42,709 nt of DNA from Minisyncoccota bacterium (GTDB lineage Bacteria > Patescibacteriota > Minisyncoccia > Phycocordibacterales > UBA9973). Location of the stretch: the NCBI GenBank assembly GCA_017992305.1, contig JAGOOX010000002.1, positions 1 through 42,709 of the forward strand, written 5' to 3'. The position numbers and the translations under genes were made by a program. Of this stretch, positions 8,298 to 17,195 are shown in pieces. Positions within the stretch are counted from its first letter, which is position 1; each line of letters begins with the position of its first letter. The notes beneath the pieces were generated by a model. That model made no database searches and was not told where the DNA came from. It was given only the letters and a program-made list of their open reading frames with translations.

Positions 8298-9552
8298 AGA
8301 TTTTCTTCGCCTTAAGGTTAGTAAACTTTTCCCAACGATCTATAACAATCGTCGCAAAGAGTAGATCTTTTTCGACCCCACGCCACACACGATTTAATTC
8401 TTCACATGCAATCAAATCAGATCCGCTTCCAGCGAAGCCAGAAAAGATGATGTGCCCAGGTGCAGAGCATCGCTTGAAGGGCTTTTCATTTAAAGAAATC
8501 GGTTTTTGTGTTGGGTGGAGATAGTTTTGAGTGTTATCTCTTTTAACAAGCCAAAGGTCTATCATGTCCTGCAATTCATCCAAGACCTGATTACCAGTTG
8601 TTACTTCTTGATTAAGAATTTCATTGGCATTTCTGAAATTTGGATTTAAATACGGCTTACCAAGTGTGCCATACGTGCATGGCTCGTATAGTCTGTTCCA
8701 AGCAATTTTAGGAGTACAGTTCTGATTCGACTTTATCCAAAGACAAACTCTTCTTTTCTTGATTTGGTATTTATCGTACAGAGATTGAGTTAATCCAATG
8801 CTATTTGGGTCTGACCAGTAAAAGAAGTGTGAGTCTGGCTTGGCAAACTTTTTAGCTGTCTCAATGCTTTTACTAATGAATTCAGAGTATTCATCCTCGC
8901 TCTTATTATCTTTGTATTCTCCACCATATTTTCCTCCGTATTCCCAAGAAATATTATAGGGCGGATCACAGAAGACAATATCCCCTAGATCATCTTTCAT
9001 GAGTTCTTTAACCTGATCTTCGTTAGTGGAATCACCAACCAAAAGGCGATGCTTTCCAAGTTCCCAGACTTCTCCTAATTTTACTTTCGGCGTGATAGTC
9101 TCCTTGATGGCTTTTTCAACATCAAAGTCATCTTCGACAAGGTCGACATCATCAAACAGGTTTTGTAATTCTTCATCCCCAAAACCAACACCAAGAAGCA
9201 GGTTCATGTCGAACTCTTTAAGAAGTTCTTCATTCCATGAACCAGTATTTTTGTTGAGTCGCAGGTTGAGTTCCTTTTCTTCTTCAAGTGTTAACTCTTT
9301 CGAGGGTATCATACATTCAATCTCTTCTATGCCGAGATCGATATACACTTTTACTCTTTGCTCACCACCAATAATAATATTGGCTCTTGAGCCGATATTA
9401 AGAACAATAGGCACGACCGTTCCAAATTCCTTAACAGACTTTTGCAAGTCTCTCTTTTCGCTCTCACTCAACTTTCTCGGATTGTATCCGTTATTAATTA
9501 GGTCTACCAACTTGCGAGTAGTGCTAGACCATGTACGCTTTTGCTTAGCCAT
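8284..9552 (-). CDS. ParB-like nuclease domain fused to a beta-class DNA methyltransferase
   Basis: 422 aa. N-terminal ParB/Srx-like region (NPRKLSE...IIIGGEQRVKV), then CDPPYNI (motif IV) and FAGSGSDLIACE (motif I). 14-nt overlap with the next MTase. Confidence 0.9.
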   Translation of the reverse strand: MAKQKRTWSSTTRKLVDLINNGYNPRKLSESEKRDLQKSVKEFGTVVPIVLNIGSRANIIIGGEQRVKVYIDLGIEEIECMIPSKELTLEEEKELNLRLNKNTGSWNEELLKEFDMNLLLGVGFGDEELQNLFDDVDLVEDDFDVEKAIKETITPKVKLGEVWELGKHRLLVGDSTNEDQVKELMKDDLGDIVFCDPPYNISWEYGGKYGGEYKDNKSEDEYSEFISKSIETAKKFAKPDSHFFYWSDPNSIGLTQSLYDKYQIKKRRVCLWIKSNQNCTPKIAWNRLYEPCTYGTLGKPYLNPNFRNANEILNQEVTTGNQVLDELQDMIDLWLVKRDNTQNYLHPTQKPISLNEKPFKRCSAPGHIIFSGFAGSGSDLIACEELNRVWRGVEKDLLFATIVIDRWEKFTNLKAKKIYENK

Positions 9553-9600
9553 AGGGTTTTTATTCAGAAGAGGTTCTTAGCTTCTCTTCTACCCTTATTC

Positions 9601-9622
9601 GTCATTGAATGACAAAATGACA
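9601..9622. promoter_or_regulatory. operator-like palindrome GTCATTGAATGAC plus a repeated AATGACA half-site, in the promoter region of the MTase operon
   Basis: GTCATT-G-AATGAC at 9601-9613, followed by AAAATGACA. Located 49 nt upstream of the ParB-MTase start. Confidence 0.35.
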
Positions 9623-9663
9623 ATTTCTTTTTATTTCCCAAAATGAGTAGTAAGAAAATCCTT

Positions 9664-9701
9664 AATACAAAAGACCTTTTGCTCGTTCAAGCAAAAGGTC
9701 T
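9664..9701 (-). terminator. intrinsic terminator of the 256-aa ORF
   Basis: 11-bp stem AGACCTTTTGC (9672-9682) / GCAAAAGGTCT (9691-9701). On the minus strand it is followed by TTTGTATT. Confidence 0.6.
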
Positions 9702-9708
9702 CCGTTTC

Positions 9709-9728
9709 GTCATTTTATATGAAATGAC
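9709..9728. promoter_or_regulatory. second GTCATTT-N6-AAATGAC inverted repeat
   Basis: Same GTCATT/AATGAC half-sites as at 9601, abutting the stop codon of the 256-aa ORF. Confidence 0.3.
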
Positions 9729-10498
9729 TATTTGTCAGCTCTAAGAGAAAATAGTGCTTTGTATCCATATCTTTTAGTGTAGTGAGATATTGGGCTGGAC
9801 TTCATACCAAAAAACTTCTTCAAGCCTTCGTTGAGTTCATATTTAACATTTCTACCAAATCTTTTATCCCATTCTGATTTTGTTAGCGAGCCATCGTATT
9901 CTGCCATTATTCGAAGTAGTGCCCATTTATAATCTGGGTTGTTTGTCTTAGTATTCATAAAACCCATATCTTTGTAATCAAACTTTTGTGGCTTCATTCC
10001 TGGGTAAGAAACCTTAACAAGGTGTCCATCCAAAAACTTTATATCCAATGCTTCCCATGTAGCATTTTTGGGAAGTAGGTGTGACGCAACGACAACACTG
10101 CTTTCTTTTTTAGCTGATCTAACGTCTAAATCTTCAGGGTTAACAATTCTAACTTCCTGAACCATTCTTGCAGGAATAATATAATCATCTTTATCTATTG
10201 TTGGGAATGAGAATCCAGTCAAAACATCCAACGAGGGTCTTACAGATTCAAATGCGGAATTAGCCATCCCAATGCTTTTTTTCAATGATTCTCTCATTGG
10301 TTCAAAAGCCTTGAGAGTCTTCTCATGTGCCTCAAAAACAGCCTTCAACGGCGAAATAAGCCTTTCTGCTGTAGCAGGGTCATATCCATCCTTTATTGCT
10401 TGTTGATACACTAATTCGCCTACGGTCATAGTTTGTATTATATCAAAAATTGGCATTTGTTGGCATTTAAGCTTGCGACCCACAAAGCTAAACTTCAT
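9728..10498 (-). CDS. hypothetical 256-aa protein (true start may be an internal Met, e.g. MTVGEL)
   Basis: Long ORF with its own terminator. No motif recognised. Confidence 0.65.
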   Translation of the reverse strand: MKFSFVGRKLKCQQMPIFDIIQTMTVGELVYQQAIKDGYDPATAERLISPLKAVFEAHEKTLKAFEPMRESLKKSIGMANSAFESVRPSLDVLTGFSFPTIDKDDYIIPARMVQEVRIVNPEDLDVRSAKKESSVVVASHLLPKNATWEALDIKFLDGHLVKVSYPGMKPQKFDYKDMGFMNTKTNNPDYKWALLRIMAEYDGSLTKSEWDKRFGRNVKYELNEGLKKFFGMKSSPISHYTKRYGYKALFSLRADK

Positions 10499-10570
10499 CA
10501 GTCAGAACGTGCTAGAATAGCCTTACAAGGGTTGAACCTATGGGTACCATACCCGAGTACACCGCCAAGA

Positions 10571-10607
10571 CAAAACCCTTACATTGACCGTAAGGGTTTT
10601 GTTTTTT
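10571..10607. terminator. bidirectional hairpin terminator at the island/core junction
   Basis: Stem AAACCCTTAC (10573-10582) / GTAAGGGTTT (10590-10599), flanked by an A-run and a T-run. Downstream of the YceI-like gene on the minus strand. Confidence 0.6.
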
Positions 10608-10620
10608 AAAAAATAGGGTT

Positions 10621-11349
10621 TTACTTAACCTCGTTTGCCACAATATTTGCGCTGATTGTAAATTGGTCATTTACACTAGCTACAAATTTAACACTTGGTA
10701 TTGTTAAATTAAAGTCAGATCTTTTTAGTGCACCACTAGCTGTACCTGAAAGGGTATTGCCATCTGTAACACCAGCAACAATATCAAACGAAATTGGCAT
10801 AGTTTTACCTGAAATTGTTAGGTCGCCCGAAACATTAACCTTGGGTAATTTGCCAGTAATTTTTTTAGGCACAAAAGTTATAAATTCATTTTTAGGGTCA
10901 TCAGATTTCAATATAAAACGTGCAATTGCGGTGTCGCGGTTTGAGCTATCGGTTTTAAATGTGCGCGCATTTATTTTAATTGTACCCATTTCAATACTAT
11001 TGTCGGCTTTTACATAAATATCGCCTGCAATGTCACTAGTTGTACCTACGGCAGTAAATGGTTTATCACGCAATATTTCGTCAATTTTAAATTCTACCTT
11101 TGAACTAGCGCTAGCTATTTTATAATGCTTTTTTGTGTCTTTGACTGCTTCAGGGTTTTCTGTATTTTTCATTTCCTCGCTTAATTCTTTTTCAAGCTCC
11201 TCGGGTGCCATGTTACCAGTGTCTGTACTGACTTGATTTAGGGCTGATTCAGCGCTTTGGCTGGGCGCCATTGGTTTACGAGTAATGTATAAAAAACCAC
11301 CGCCTAAAATAACAATTAATGTAACTATAATTAAAATATTTTTATTCAT
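10621..11349 (-). CDS. YceI-like (polyisoprenoid-binding) secreted/anchored protein
   Basis: N-terminal TM/signal anchor. YceI-type beta-barrel pattern ...KINARTFKTDSSNRDTAI...FITF...GDLTISGKTMPISF. Confidence 0.8.
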   Translation of the reverse strand: MNKNILIIVTLIVILGGGFLYITRKPMAPSQSAESALNQVSTDTGNMAPEELEKELSEEMKNTENPEAVKDTKKHYKIASASSKVEFKIDEILRDKPFTAVGTTSDIAGDIYVKADNSIEMGTIKINARTFKTDSSNRDTAIARFILKSDDPKNEFITFVPKKITGKLPKVNVSGDLTISGKTMPISFDIVAGVTDGNTLSGTASGALKRSDFNLTIPSVKFVASVNDQFTISANIVANEVK

Positions 11350-11410
11350 TTTTTAATTATAGCAAATGCTGCTTTGGTATAAAAATAAAATAAACCATAA
11401 ATGATATTAC

Positions 11411-13513
11411 TTAGGTTAGGGGCAGGGTAATTGTTACGGTTGTGCCACTGTCTACACCTTTTGATTCTACGTCAATTTTGCCTCCATGGGCCTCGGTAAA
11501 GGTTTTGGCAATAAACATACCTAACCCTAACCCGTCGGGTATTTTTAGTTTTGCTCTATCGCTACGATAAAATTCTTCGAACAGGTGTATCATTTCTTTA
11601 TTTGAAACGCCTAAACCAAAATCGGTAATACTAATTTTAAATATATTAGTAGATGATTTTTTAACTAATTTTGAGTCAATAATTATTTGGCCACCAGTAT
11701 TTGAATACAAGATTGCATTTTTTATCAAAACCTCTAAAACTTTTTTTAATTTATTGAAATCGGCACTAACTGTGCTTGCTTGTGGGTCTATATTGTACGT
11801 AATTTGTAGGTCGCTAACTAGTACCTGGTTGTCAAAGTCCTTTATTATTCTTTTGCAAATATCTAAAATATCACAAGGTGCTTTGTTTAGTAAAATATTC
11901 TTGTCATAAATATCTAGTGCAATTAAAATGTCATCTATTTGCTCGTTTAAAAATACAACTTTTTGGTGTGAGGTATTAACTAATTCATGTTGATGTTCAA
12001 CGTTTGTGTTGTTTTTTAACTCTTCTAGGCTCCAACGAATACCCGAAACAGGTGTACGTAGTTGGTGCGAAACAGTGTTAATGAACTTAGATTTTGATTC
12101 TAGGGCATTTTTTAGTTCTGTATACAATTTAGAGTTTTGTATTGCTATACCTGATTCAGACGCAAACACATCTAGCAAGTTTAAATCAGTATTTGAATAC
12201 GGTAGACCTGAAGATTTCAAGCCCATTACTAAAACCGCTACATAATTTCCATCAGCTTTAATGGGGAACAAGGCTTCCATGTCGTGCTCGCGAAACAGTG
12301 TTTTTTGTTTTTCGTCTAGCTCGTCTAGCACAAAATAGTGTTTACCGGTTGTTTTGGCTTGGTTTAAAAAGTCAAAAAGTTTTGGATCGTCTAATAATTT
12401 AGAGTTAGTATAGCCTATAGATCTAGCGTCGGTTACGGTTGTATTTGATACTAAAAAGATGGCTATTTTTTCTACTCGCAGTTCTTTGCTAATTGTTTGC
12501 ATTAATTTATTTGCTAAATCATTAAAATTTATAGTACTACTAATGTCATGGCTTAGTTCAGACAGAATTTTCTCAGGATTATATGAACCCTTAAAAAACA
12601 TCTTGTCAGTTATTTTTGTAATAATCGATCGAAGGGGTTGAAAGCTTAGCGCTACGATAACACCCAAAGAAGTGTTGATTAACAGCATAGCACTGCTTAG
12701 TTCTAGTTCTAAAAATTTACTAAATCCAAAAAATAGCATTATAAAATAAACGCCGGCAATTACTGCAACTAGTAGGGTATAAGAAACCGCTCTTGCGATT
12801 TGAGGCTTTATGTCTAAAAACTGATGTTTAACAATCGCAACACCAACAAAAACCATAAGTATCACTGGCAGGCTGGGCCCTATAAAAACCAGATTTGCAT
12901 AACCTAACAAAACCAGTAAAAAACTTACGACAGCCATACCTGTAAATGTGGTTATAATACCAATTAAAAAATACAGCGTTTTAACCTTTTCTTGCCCAAA
13001 GGCTTTCTTGTAGTTTTTAATCAATATTGCAAAACTGGCCCCAAAATATCCAATTATGTGTAAAAAATAAAAAGGCATACCGGGCCCAGGTATGGGTACT
13101 GGGCTATCTGCGCCGTCAGAGTAAATTACTGATTTGAAAATTAAATAAGTAAAAGACAAAACAGCCATTAATATTGTGTAGGCAATAGTAAAAAATAAGT
13201 ATTTATTTTTTAGTCTAATCTTACTTTGTGGAAAGGTGTGAGCTAACAAAAAAAGCAAAGAAGCAATAAATGAACCCAAAAATATATCCATACGTATCCA
13301 AAACAATGAGTTTTCAGCTGTTTTTACAATTGGGTGTAATGCAATAGCTGTCGATACTATATATGCGCTCAATACAACAGCTAAAGCAAAAAATAATATA
13401 TTTGTGTGACTTTTTGGGTTTTTAAGGTAGACAGCTAAACCAAAAGCCATGATTATAATAAATGAAATTGACCCCAAGACTATTTCAACTGCGGGTATGT
13501 TTATTAAATGCAT
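11411..13513 (-). CDS. sensor histidine kinase: multi-TM N-terminus, GAF-like middle, HisKA + HATPase_c
   Basis: H-box SHQLRTPVSGI and C-terminal G-boxes DFGLGV / GLGLGMFIAKTFTEAHGG. About 8 hydrophobic helices in the first ~290 aa. Confidence 0.85.
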   Translation of the reverse strand: MHLINIPAVEIVLGSISFIIIMAFGLAVYLKNPKSHTNILFFALAVVLSAYIVSTAIALHPIVKTAENSLFWIRMDIFLGSFIASLLFLLAHTFPQSKIRLKNKYLFFTIAYTILMAVLSFTYLIFKSVIYSDGADSPVPIPGPGMPFYFLHIIGYFGASFAILIKNYKKAFGQEKVKTLYFLIGIITTFTGMAVVSFLLVLLGYANLVFIGPSLPVILMVFVGVAIVKHQFLDIKPQIARAVSYTLLVAVIAGVYFIMLFFGFSKFLELELSSAMLLINTSLGVIVALSFQPLRSIITKITDKMFFKGSYNPEKILSELSHDISSTINFNDLANKLMQTISKELRVEKIAIFLVSNTTVTDARSIGYTNSKLLDDPKLFDFLNQAKTTGKHYFVLDELDEKQKTLFREHDMEALFPIKADGNYVAVLVMGLKSSGLPYSNTDLNLLDVFASESGIAIQNSKLYTELKNALESKSKFINTVSHQLRTPVSGIRWSLEELKNNTNVEHQHELVNTSHQKVVFLNEQIDDILIALDIYDKNILLNKAPCDILDICKRIIKDFDNQVLVSDLQITYNIDPQASTVSADFNKLKKVLEVLIKNAILYSNTGGQIIIDSKLVKKSSTNIFKISITDFGLGVSNKEMIHLFEEFYRSDRAKLKIPDGLGLGMFIAKTFTEAHGGKIDVESKGVDSGTTVTITLPLT

Positions 13514-13571
13514 AGTTTAAGTATACAACATTTTATTTATTTGATAATAAAATAGTGTATAATGTGTTTAT

Positions 13572-13865
13572 ATGCATTTTGATGAAACAAAAAAGGTCTA
13601 CAAAGAAATCTATAATGAAAAATCAAACTATGCCCACAAAAGCCACCGTTTTCATGTGCCACGATATTTTGTAGTTGTTATTTGGGGCTTGTTTATATCT
13701 TTTGTTGTGTATGTTTATGCGCTAATAAGTTTAAATGACCTTGATCAAAGCACTCTTTCAATAGAAAGGGCTATAAACTCATCAAGTATCCAAAAGGTAA
13801 AAGCTACAATAGAATTCTTGCCTAATGAGCCAGAGCCACGCTTTGTACAAATGCCTTCGCTTTAG
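13572..13865 (+). CDS. possible 97-aa single-TM protein
   Basis: One clear TM (YFVVVIWGLFISFVVYVYALI). Its 3' end overlaps the comF 3' end by 44 nt, so support is weak. Confidence 0.3.
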   Translation: MHFDETKKVYKEIYNEKSNYAHKSHRFHVPRYFVVVIWGLFISFVVYVYALISLNDLDQSTLSIERAINSSSIQKVKATIEFLPNEPEPRFVQMPSL

Positions 13866-14472
13866 TATTTTTCCTAATTAACTTTTCAATTCTCTTCAGT
13901 GTTGTACCAGTTGTTGTTACATCATCAATTATAAAAATTAAACCATTTTGTGGGGAGCCTGATTTTAGGTTTAATGTTTTTTCAATATGACTAACACGTT
14001 TTTTCTTGCCATGGACCATGGCCGAGCGTTTATGGCCTGTTTTTTCTAGGCAGTCACATATTTTTACTTCTAGATCTAGGGTTTTTAAGTATTTTTTAAC
14101 TTCATTTGCCATAACTAGCATGTGATTTTTTAGTCTATAGCGAGTAGGGTCATTTGTAATCGGGGCGGGGACTATATAAATATTCTGAAATATATTTTGG
14201 TTTTGCAGGTTTAGGTCATTTTCAATTTGTTCATATATAAAATCACCAAACAATGGGGCAAGGTCTTTGGCTATAGTAAGTTCGTTTTTGTATTTGAATT
14301 TCCAAATTAATTTTCTGTTTTTTTCATCCTGGTAGTTTAAAAAATAGGGAACATCGTCTTGACTCTTACGAAGATTTGTTATTTTAGGCAAACAGTTTGG
14401 GCAAACTCTAAAACCTGATTTTTTGCAAAATTCACATTTTTTACCAAAAATACTTGAAACTAACATCCACAT
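13822..14472 (-). CDS. comF: ComF-family competence protein (phosphoribosyltransferase fold)
   Basis: N-terminal CxxC...CxxC (CEFCKK...CPNC). C-terminal PRTase motif IFIIDDVTTTGTTL. Confidence 0.8.
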   Translation of the reverse strand: MWMLVSSIFGKKCEFCKKSGFRVCPNCLPKITNLRKSQDDVPYFLNYQDEKNRKLIWKFKYKNELTIAKDLAPLFGDFIYEQIENDLNLQNQNIFQNIYIVPAPITNDPTRYRLKNHMLVMANEVKKYLKTLDLEVKICDCLEKTGHKRSAMVHGKKKRVSHIEKTLNLKSGSPQNGLIFIIDDVTTTGTTLKRIEKLIRKNTKAKAFVQSVALAH

Positions 14473-14484
14473 ATATATATTGTA

Positions 14485-14493
14485 TGCTATACT
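14485..14493 (+). promoter_or_regulatory. extended -10 box TGcTATACT, 7 nt before the pilM ATG (leaderless configuration)
   Basis: TGCTATACT at 14485-14493 and ATG at 14500. No SD. Confidence 0.45.
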
Positions 14494-14499
14494 TTTAAT

Positions 14500-15588
14500 A
14501 TGACAAAGATTATAGATTGGGCAAAATCTCTTTTAAGCAGTGAAGGTAGTGATTCAATTGTCGGTATCGATATCGGTTCTTCTTCTATTAAAATAGTTCA
14601 ACTTAAAAAGTCTGGTTCTGTTGCCGTACTTGAAACCTACGGCACCCTTAGCTTAGGCCAATTTATTGGTAAAGAAGACGGTATTGTTACAAACCTTGAA
14701 ACTGAGGATCTTTCAAAAGCTCTGGTTGCACTACTTGATGAAGCAAAGGTCGACTCCAAAGACGCTGGCATTACTATTCCTGCGCTAAATGCGCTATTGT
14801 TCACATTATCTATTCCAGAAAGCATTACTGGTTCGATGCTAGAAGAGGCTGTAAAAAACGAGGCTCGGTCTCATGTACCAGTAAGTATTACTGATGTAAA
14901 TTTAGACTGGGTTGTTATACCCAAGCGTGATTTTGATGAAAAGGTTACAACAAACCAAGAGGTTTTAGTTGTTGCTGTTTTGTCAGAACCTGTTAAAAAA
15001 ACTCAAGCAGTAATGTCTGGAGCCAATTTGGACATCAAGTTTCTTGAGGTTGAGTTTTTTAGTATGGTCCGGTCTCTTATGACTCATGAACTATCACCTA
15101 CGATGATTATCGATTTTGGCGCACAAAAAACAAAAATTGCAATTGTCGAGGCCGGTATTGTAAAACAGGTCCACATCATTAATCGAGGAGGTTTTGACAT
15201 CAGTAGTGCAATTGCAATTTCGCGCAATATACCATTTGCACGTGCCGAGGAACTAAAGATAACTTACGGTTTAGAGCCAGTTGCTGAACATGCTTACCTA
15301 AAGGATTTAATTTTACTATCCACAGATTATATAATTTCTGAGTGTAAAAGTGTGGTGCTTGGTTACGAAAAGAAGTATAATAGAACTATACACGAAGTTA
15401 TATTAGCGGGCGGTGGTTCAAGACTAAGGGGCTTATATGAATTAACTACAGATGTTTTTCAGGCCGATGTTGTTTATGCTAACCCTTTTCAAAAAACAAA
15501 AAGCCCTGAATTTTTAGAAGACGCCCTGAAAACAATTGGTCCCGAATATGCCCAGGCAATAGGGGTCGCACTAAGAGCAATTTTATAA
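14500..15588 (+). CDS. pilM: type IV pilus assembly protein PilM (actin-like ATPase fold)
   Basis: IVGIDIGSSSIKIVQL N-terminal phosphate-1 motif, ...ILAGGGSRLRGL near the C-terminus. First gene of the pilus operon. Confidence 0.85.
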   Translation: MTKIIDWAKSLLSSEGSDSIVGIDIGSSSIKIVQLKKSGSVAVLETYGTLSLGQFIGKEDGIVTNLETEDLSKALVALLDEAKVDSKDAGITIPALNALLFTLSIPESITGSMLEEAVKNEARSHVPVSITDVNLDWVVIPKRDFDEKVTTNQEVLVVAVLSEPVKKTQAVMSGANLDIKFLEVEFFSMVRSLMTHELSPTMIIDFGAQKTKIAIVEAGIVKQVHIINRGGFDISSAIAISRNIPFARAEELKITYGLEPVAEHAYLKDLILLSTDYIISECKSVVLGYEKKYNRTIHEVILAGGGSRLRGLYELTTDVFQADVVYANPFQKTKSPEFLEDALKTIGPEYAQAIGVALRAIL

Positions 15589-15612
15589 GCACATGTATTA
15601 AATATATATAGT

Positions 15613-16209
15613 ATGGAACCGACATTTCAAACAACATTTATACCCAAGCGCTCAGTTGCGCCAATAACTACCGAAACTAAACCAGCGGGTTGGGTATCTT
15701 TGCTTGGTTTTTTTGCAACTTTGATTTTTATTGGTTCTGTTGCGGCTTATGGTATTTTATTTTTCTATAAAAAACAACTAGCAACTTCAATTTCAGATAG
15801 TCAGGTTGGACTTACTCGTCAAAGCGAAACATTCGATTCAAATATTGTACTCGAGTTAAACGACGTTAATCGTCGATTACAGGCTGCCGAAATGCTTTTA
15901 GAACACCACACAGTTATAACACCATTATTTAAATCACTAGAAGAAATAACTCTAAAAAGCGTTCGCTTTACAAATTTCTCACTACAAGCCCCTTCGGTGG
16001 AACAACCCAACACAACAGTCAAAATGACAGGCTCAGCCCAAGGTTATGATATGGTGGCATTGCAACTAGATACATTTTCTAGAAACAGATTTCTAAAAGA
16101 TCCTATTTTTTCAAACTTAGTGCCTGATCAAAAGGGTGATATTAATTTTGACTTAACGTTCACTGTCGACCCATCGTTCGTTTTATATAAAACTTATGCA
16201 AATCAATAA
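15613..16209 (+). CDS. pilN: PilN-like bitopic pilus alignment protein
   Basis: 198 aa with a single TM (WVSLLGFFATLIFIGSVAAYGILFF), then a coiled coil and alpha/beta domain. Position after pilM. Confidence 0.6.
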   Translation: MEPTFQTTFIPKRSVAPITTETKPAGWVSLLGFFATLIFIGSVAAYGILFFYKKQLATSISDSQVGLTRQSETFDSNIVLELNDVNRRLQAAEMLLEHHTVITPLFKSLEEITLKSVRFTNFSLQAPSVEQPNTTVKMTGSAQGYDMVALQLDTFSRNRFLKDPIFSNLVPDQKGDINFDLTFTVDPSFVLYKTYANQ

Positions 16210-16215
16210 TATTTA

Positions 16216-16794
16216 ATGTATATGAGAATCATTTTTTCAATAATTAGAATAGTCGCCGGAGCATTGATTTTGATCTTTTTGGTTTTGCCAATAAAGGCCG
16301 AAGTTGATAGCTTAAAGTTTAAAAAATCTGAACTAGGTAATACCGAAGCTCAAGCCAAAGAGTATTCAGGTCTGGGGCAAGATGTTGTTGGACGTTTTCA
16401 GTCAATTGACCCAGCACAGGTAGAACGCTTGAAAAAAATGGTTCCCGACACAATTGATAACATTAGATTTATTAATGACGTTAACGGTATTGCTAAAAAA
16501 ACAGGCATGAAGTTAAAAAAAGTTGACTATAATGCACAAGATTTAAAAGGCGAAGACATAAAAAACTCTGAAAAAATAGCCAACAGTTCAAACCCTTTGT
16601 ATGGTTCATACACTGTTAGCTTTGCGGTTTCTGGTACATATAAACAATTCGTAGAATTTTTAGAAGCATTAGAAAATAGTTTGAGGTTAGTTGATATTAC
16701 AAGCGTAACGTTCACTTCGGTAGGGCAAGTAGATGGCAAGGTCGAGTCTTATGATTTCTCAGTCAAGGCCCAGTCTTATTGGTTAAAGAATTAA
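16216..16794 (+). CDS. pilO: PilO-like pilus alignment protein
   Basis: 192 aa with an N-terminal TM, a coiled coil and a ferredoxin-like C-terminus. Synteny with pilM-pilN. Confidence 0.55.
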   Translation: MYMRIIFSIIRIVAGALILIFLVLPIKAEVDSLKFKKSELGNTEAQAKEYSGLGQDVVGRFQSIDPAQVERLKKMVPDTIDNIRFINDVNGIAKKTGMKLKKVDYNAQDLKGEDIKNSEKIANSSNPLYGSYTVSFAVSGTYKQFVEFLEALENSLRLVDITSVTFTSVGQVDGKVESYDFSVKAQSYWLKN

Positions 16795-16800
16795 TTTATT

Positions 16801-17193
16801 ATGAAGCCAGCACTTAAAAAAATAATTATATTTGTATCAATTGTTATCATTGTCACAGTTGTAGCTGTTTTAGTTTTAGGTAAAAATAATAGCGCAACTA
16901 ATGCAATACTTCAAACAACTAACCTTTCTACCACAACCACTCAAACCGAAGGTGACCAATCAGGCAAGTTTTTACAGTCACTTTCACAGGTCAAGTCAAT
17001 TAACCTAGATACCACTTTTTTCAAGAACAAGTCGTATCAAAAACTGGTAGATTTTTCACTAACTCCTGTTATCGAGGATCAGCGTCTTATCGGTCGACCA
17101 AACCCTTTTGCACCAATTGGGTCTGATTCTGTGTTTGTGCCACCTACTAATTTAAACGACACTATTGATCAAAACGCTAAAAAAATTAACTAA
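16801..17193 (+). CDS. 130-aa single-TM protein, PilP-like by position
   Basis: N-terminal TM, Thr-rich linker and an RPNPFAPI motif, in the fourth slot of the alignment subcomplex. Confidence 0.4.
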   Translation: MKPALKKIIIFVSIVIIVTVVAVLVLGKNNSATNAILQTTNLSTTTTQTEGDQSGKFLQSLSQVKSINLDTTFFKNKSYQKLVDFSLTPVIEDQRLIGRPNPFAPIGSDSVFVPPTNLNDTIDQNAKKIN

Positions 17194-17195
17194 AT

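Noticed and set aside
9026-9580. 184-aa Ser-rich plus-strand ORF
   Set aside because: Entirely antisense to the ParB-MTase gene, which has clear catalytic motifs. The low-complexity Ser/Phe/Pro content is typical of an antisense shadow frame.
10537-10548. CCTATGGGTACC at the right island edge as an att-type repeat of CTATGGGGTACA (complement of 684-695)
   Set aside because: Only about 10 matching nt with an indel, and not positioned at a demonstrable junction. It is too short to distinguish from chance.
16801-17193. Possibility that the 130-aa protein is a secretin or pilotin
   Set aside because: It is far too small and lacks any secretin C-terminal domain. It is a single-TM protein and at best PilP-like.
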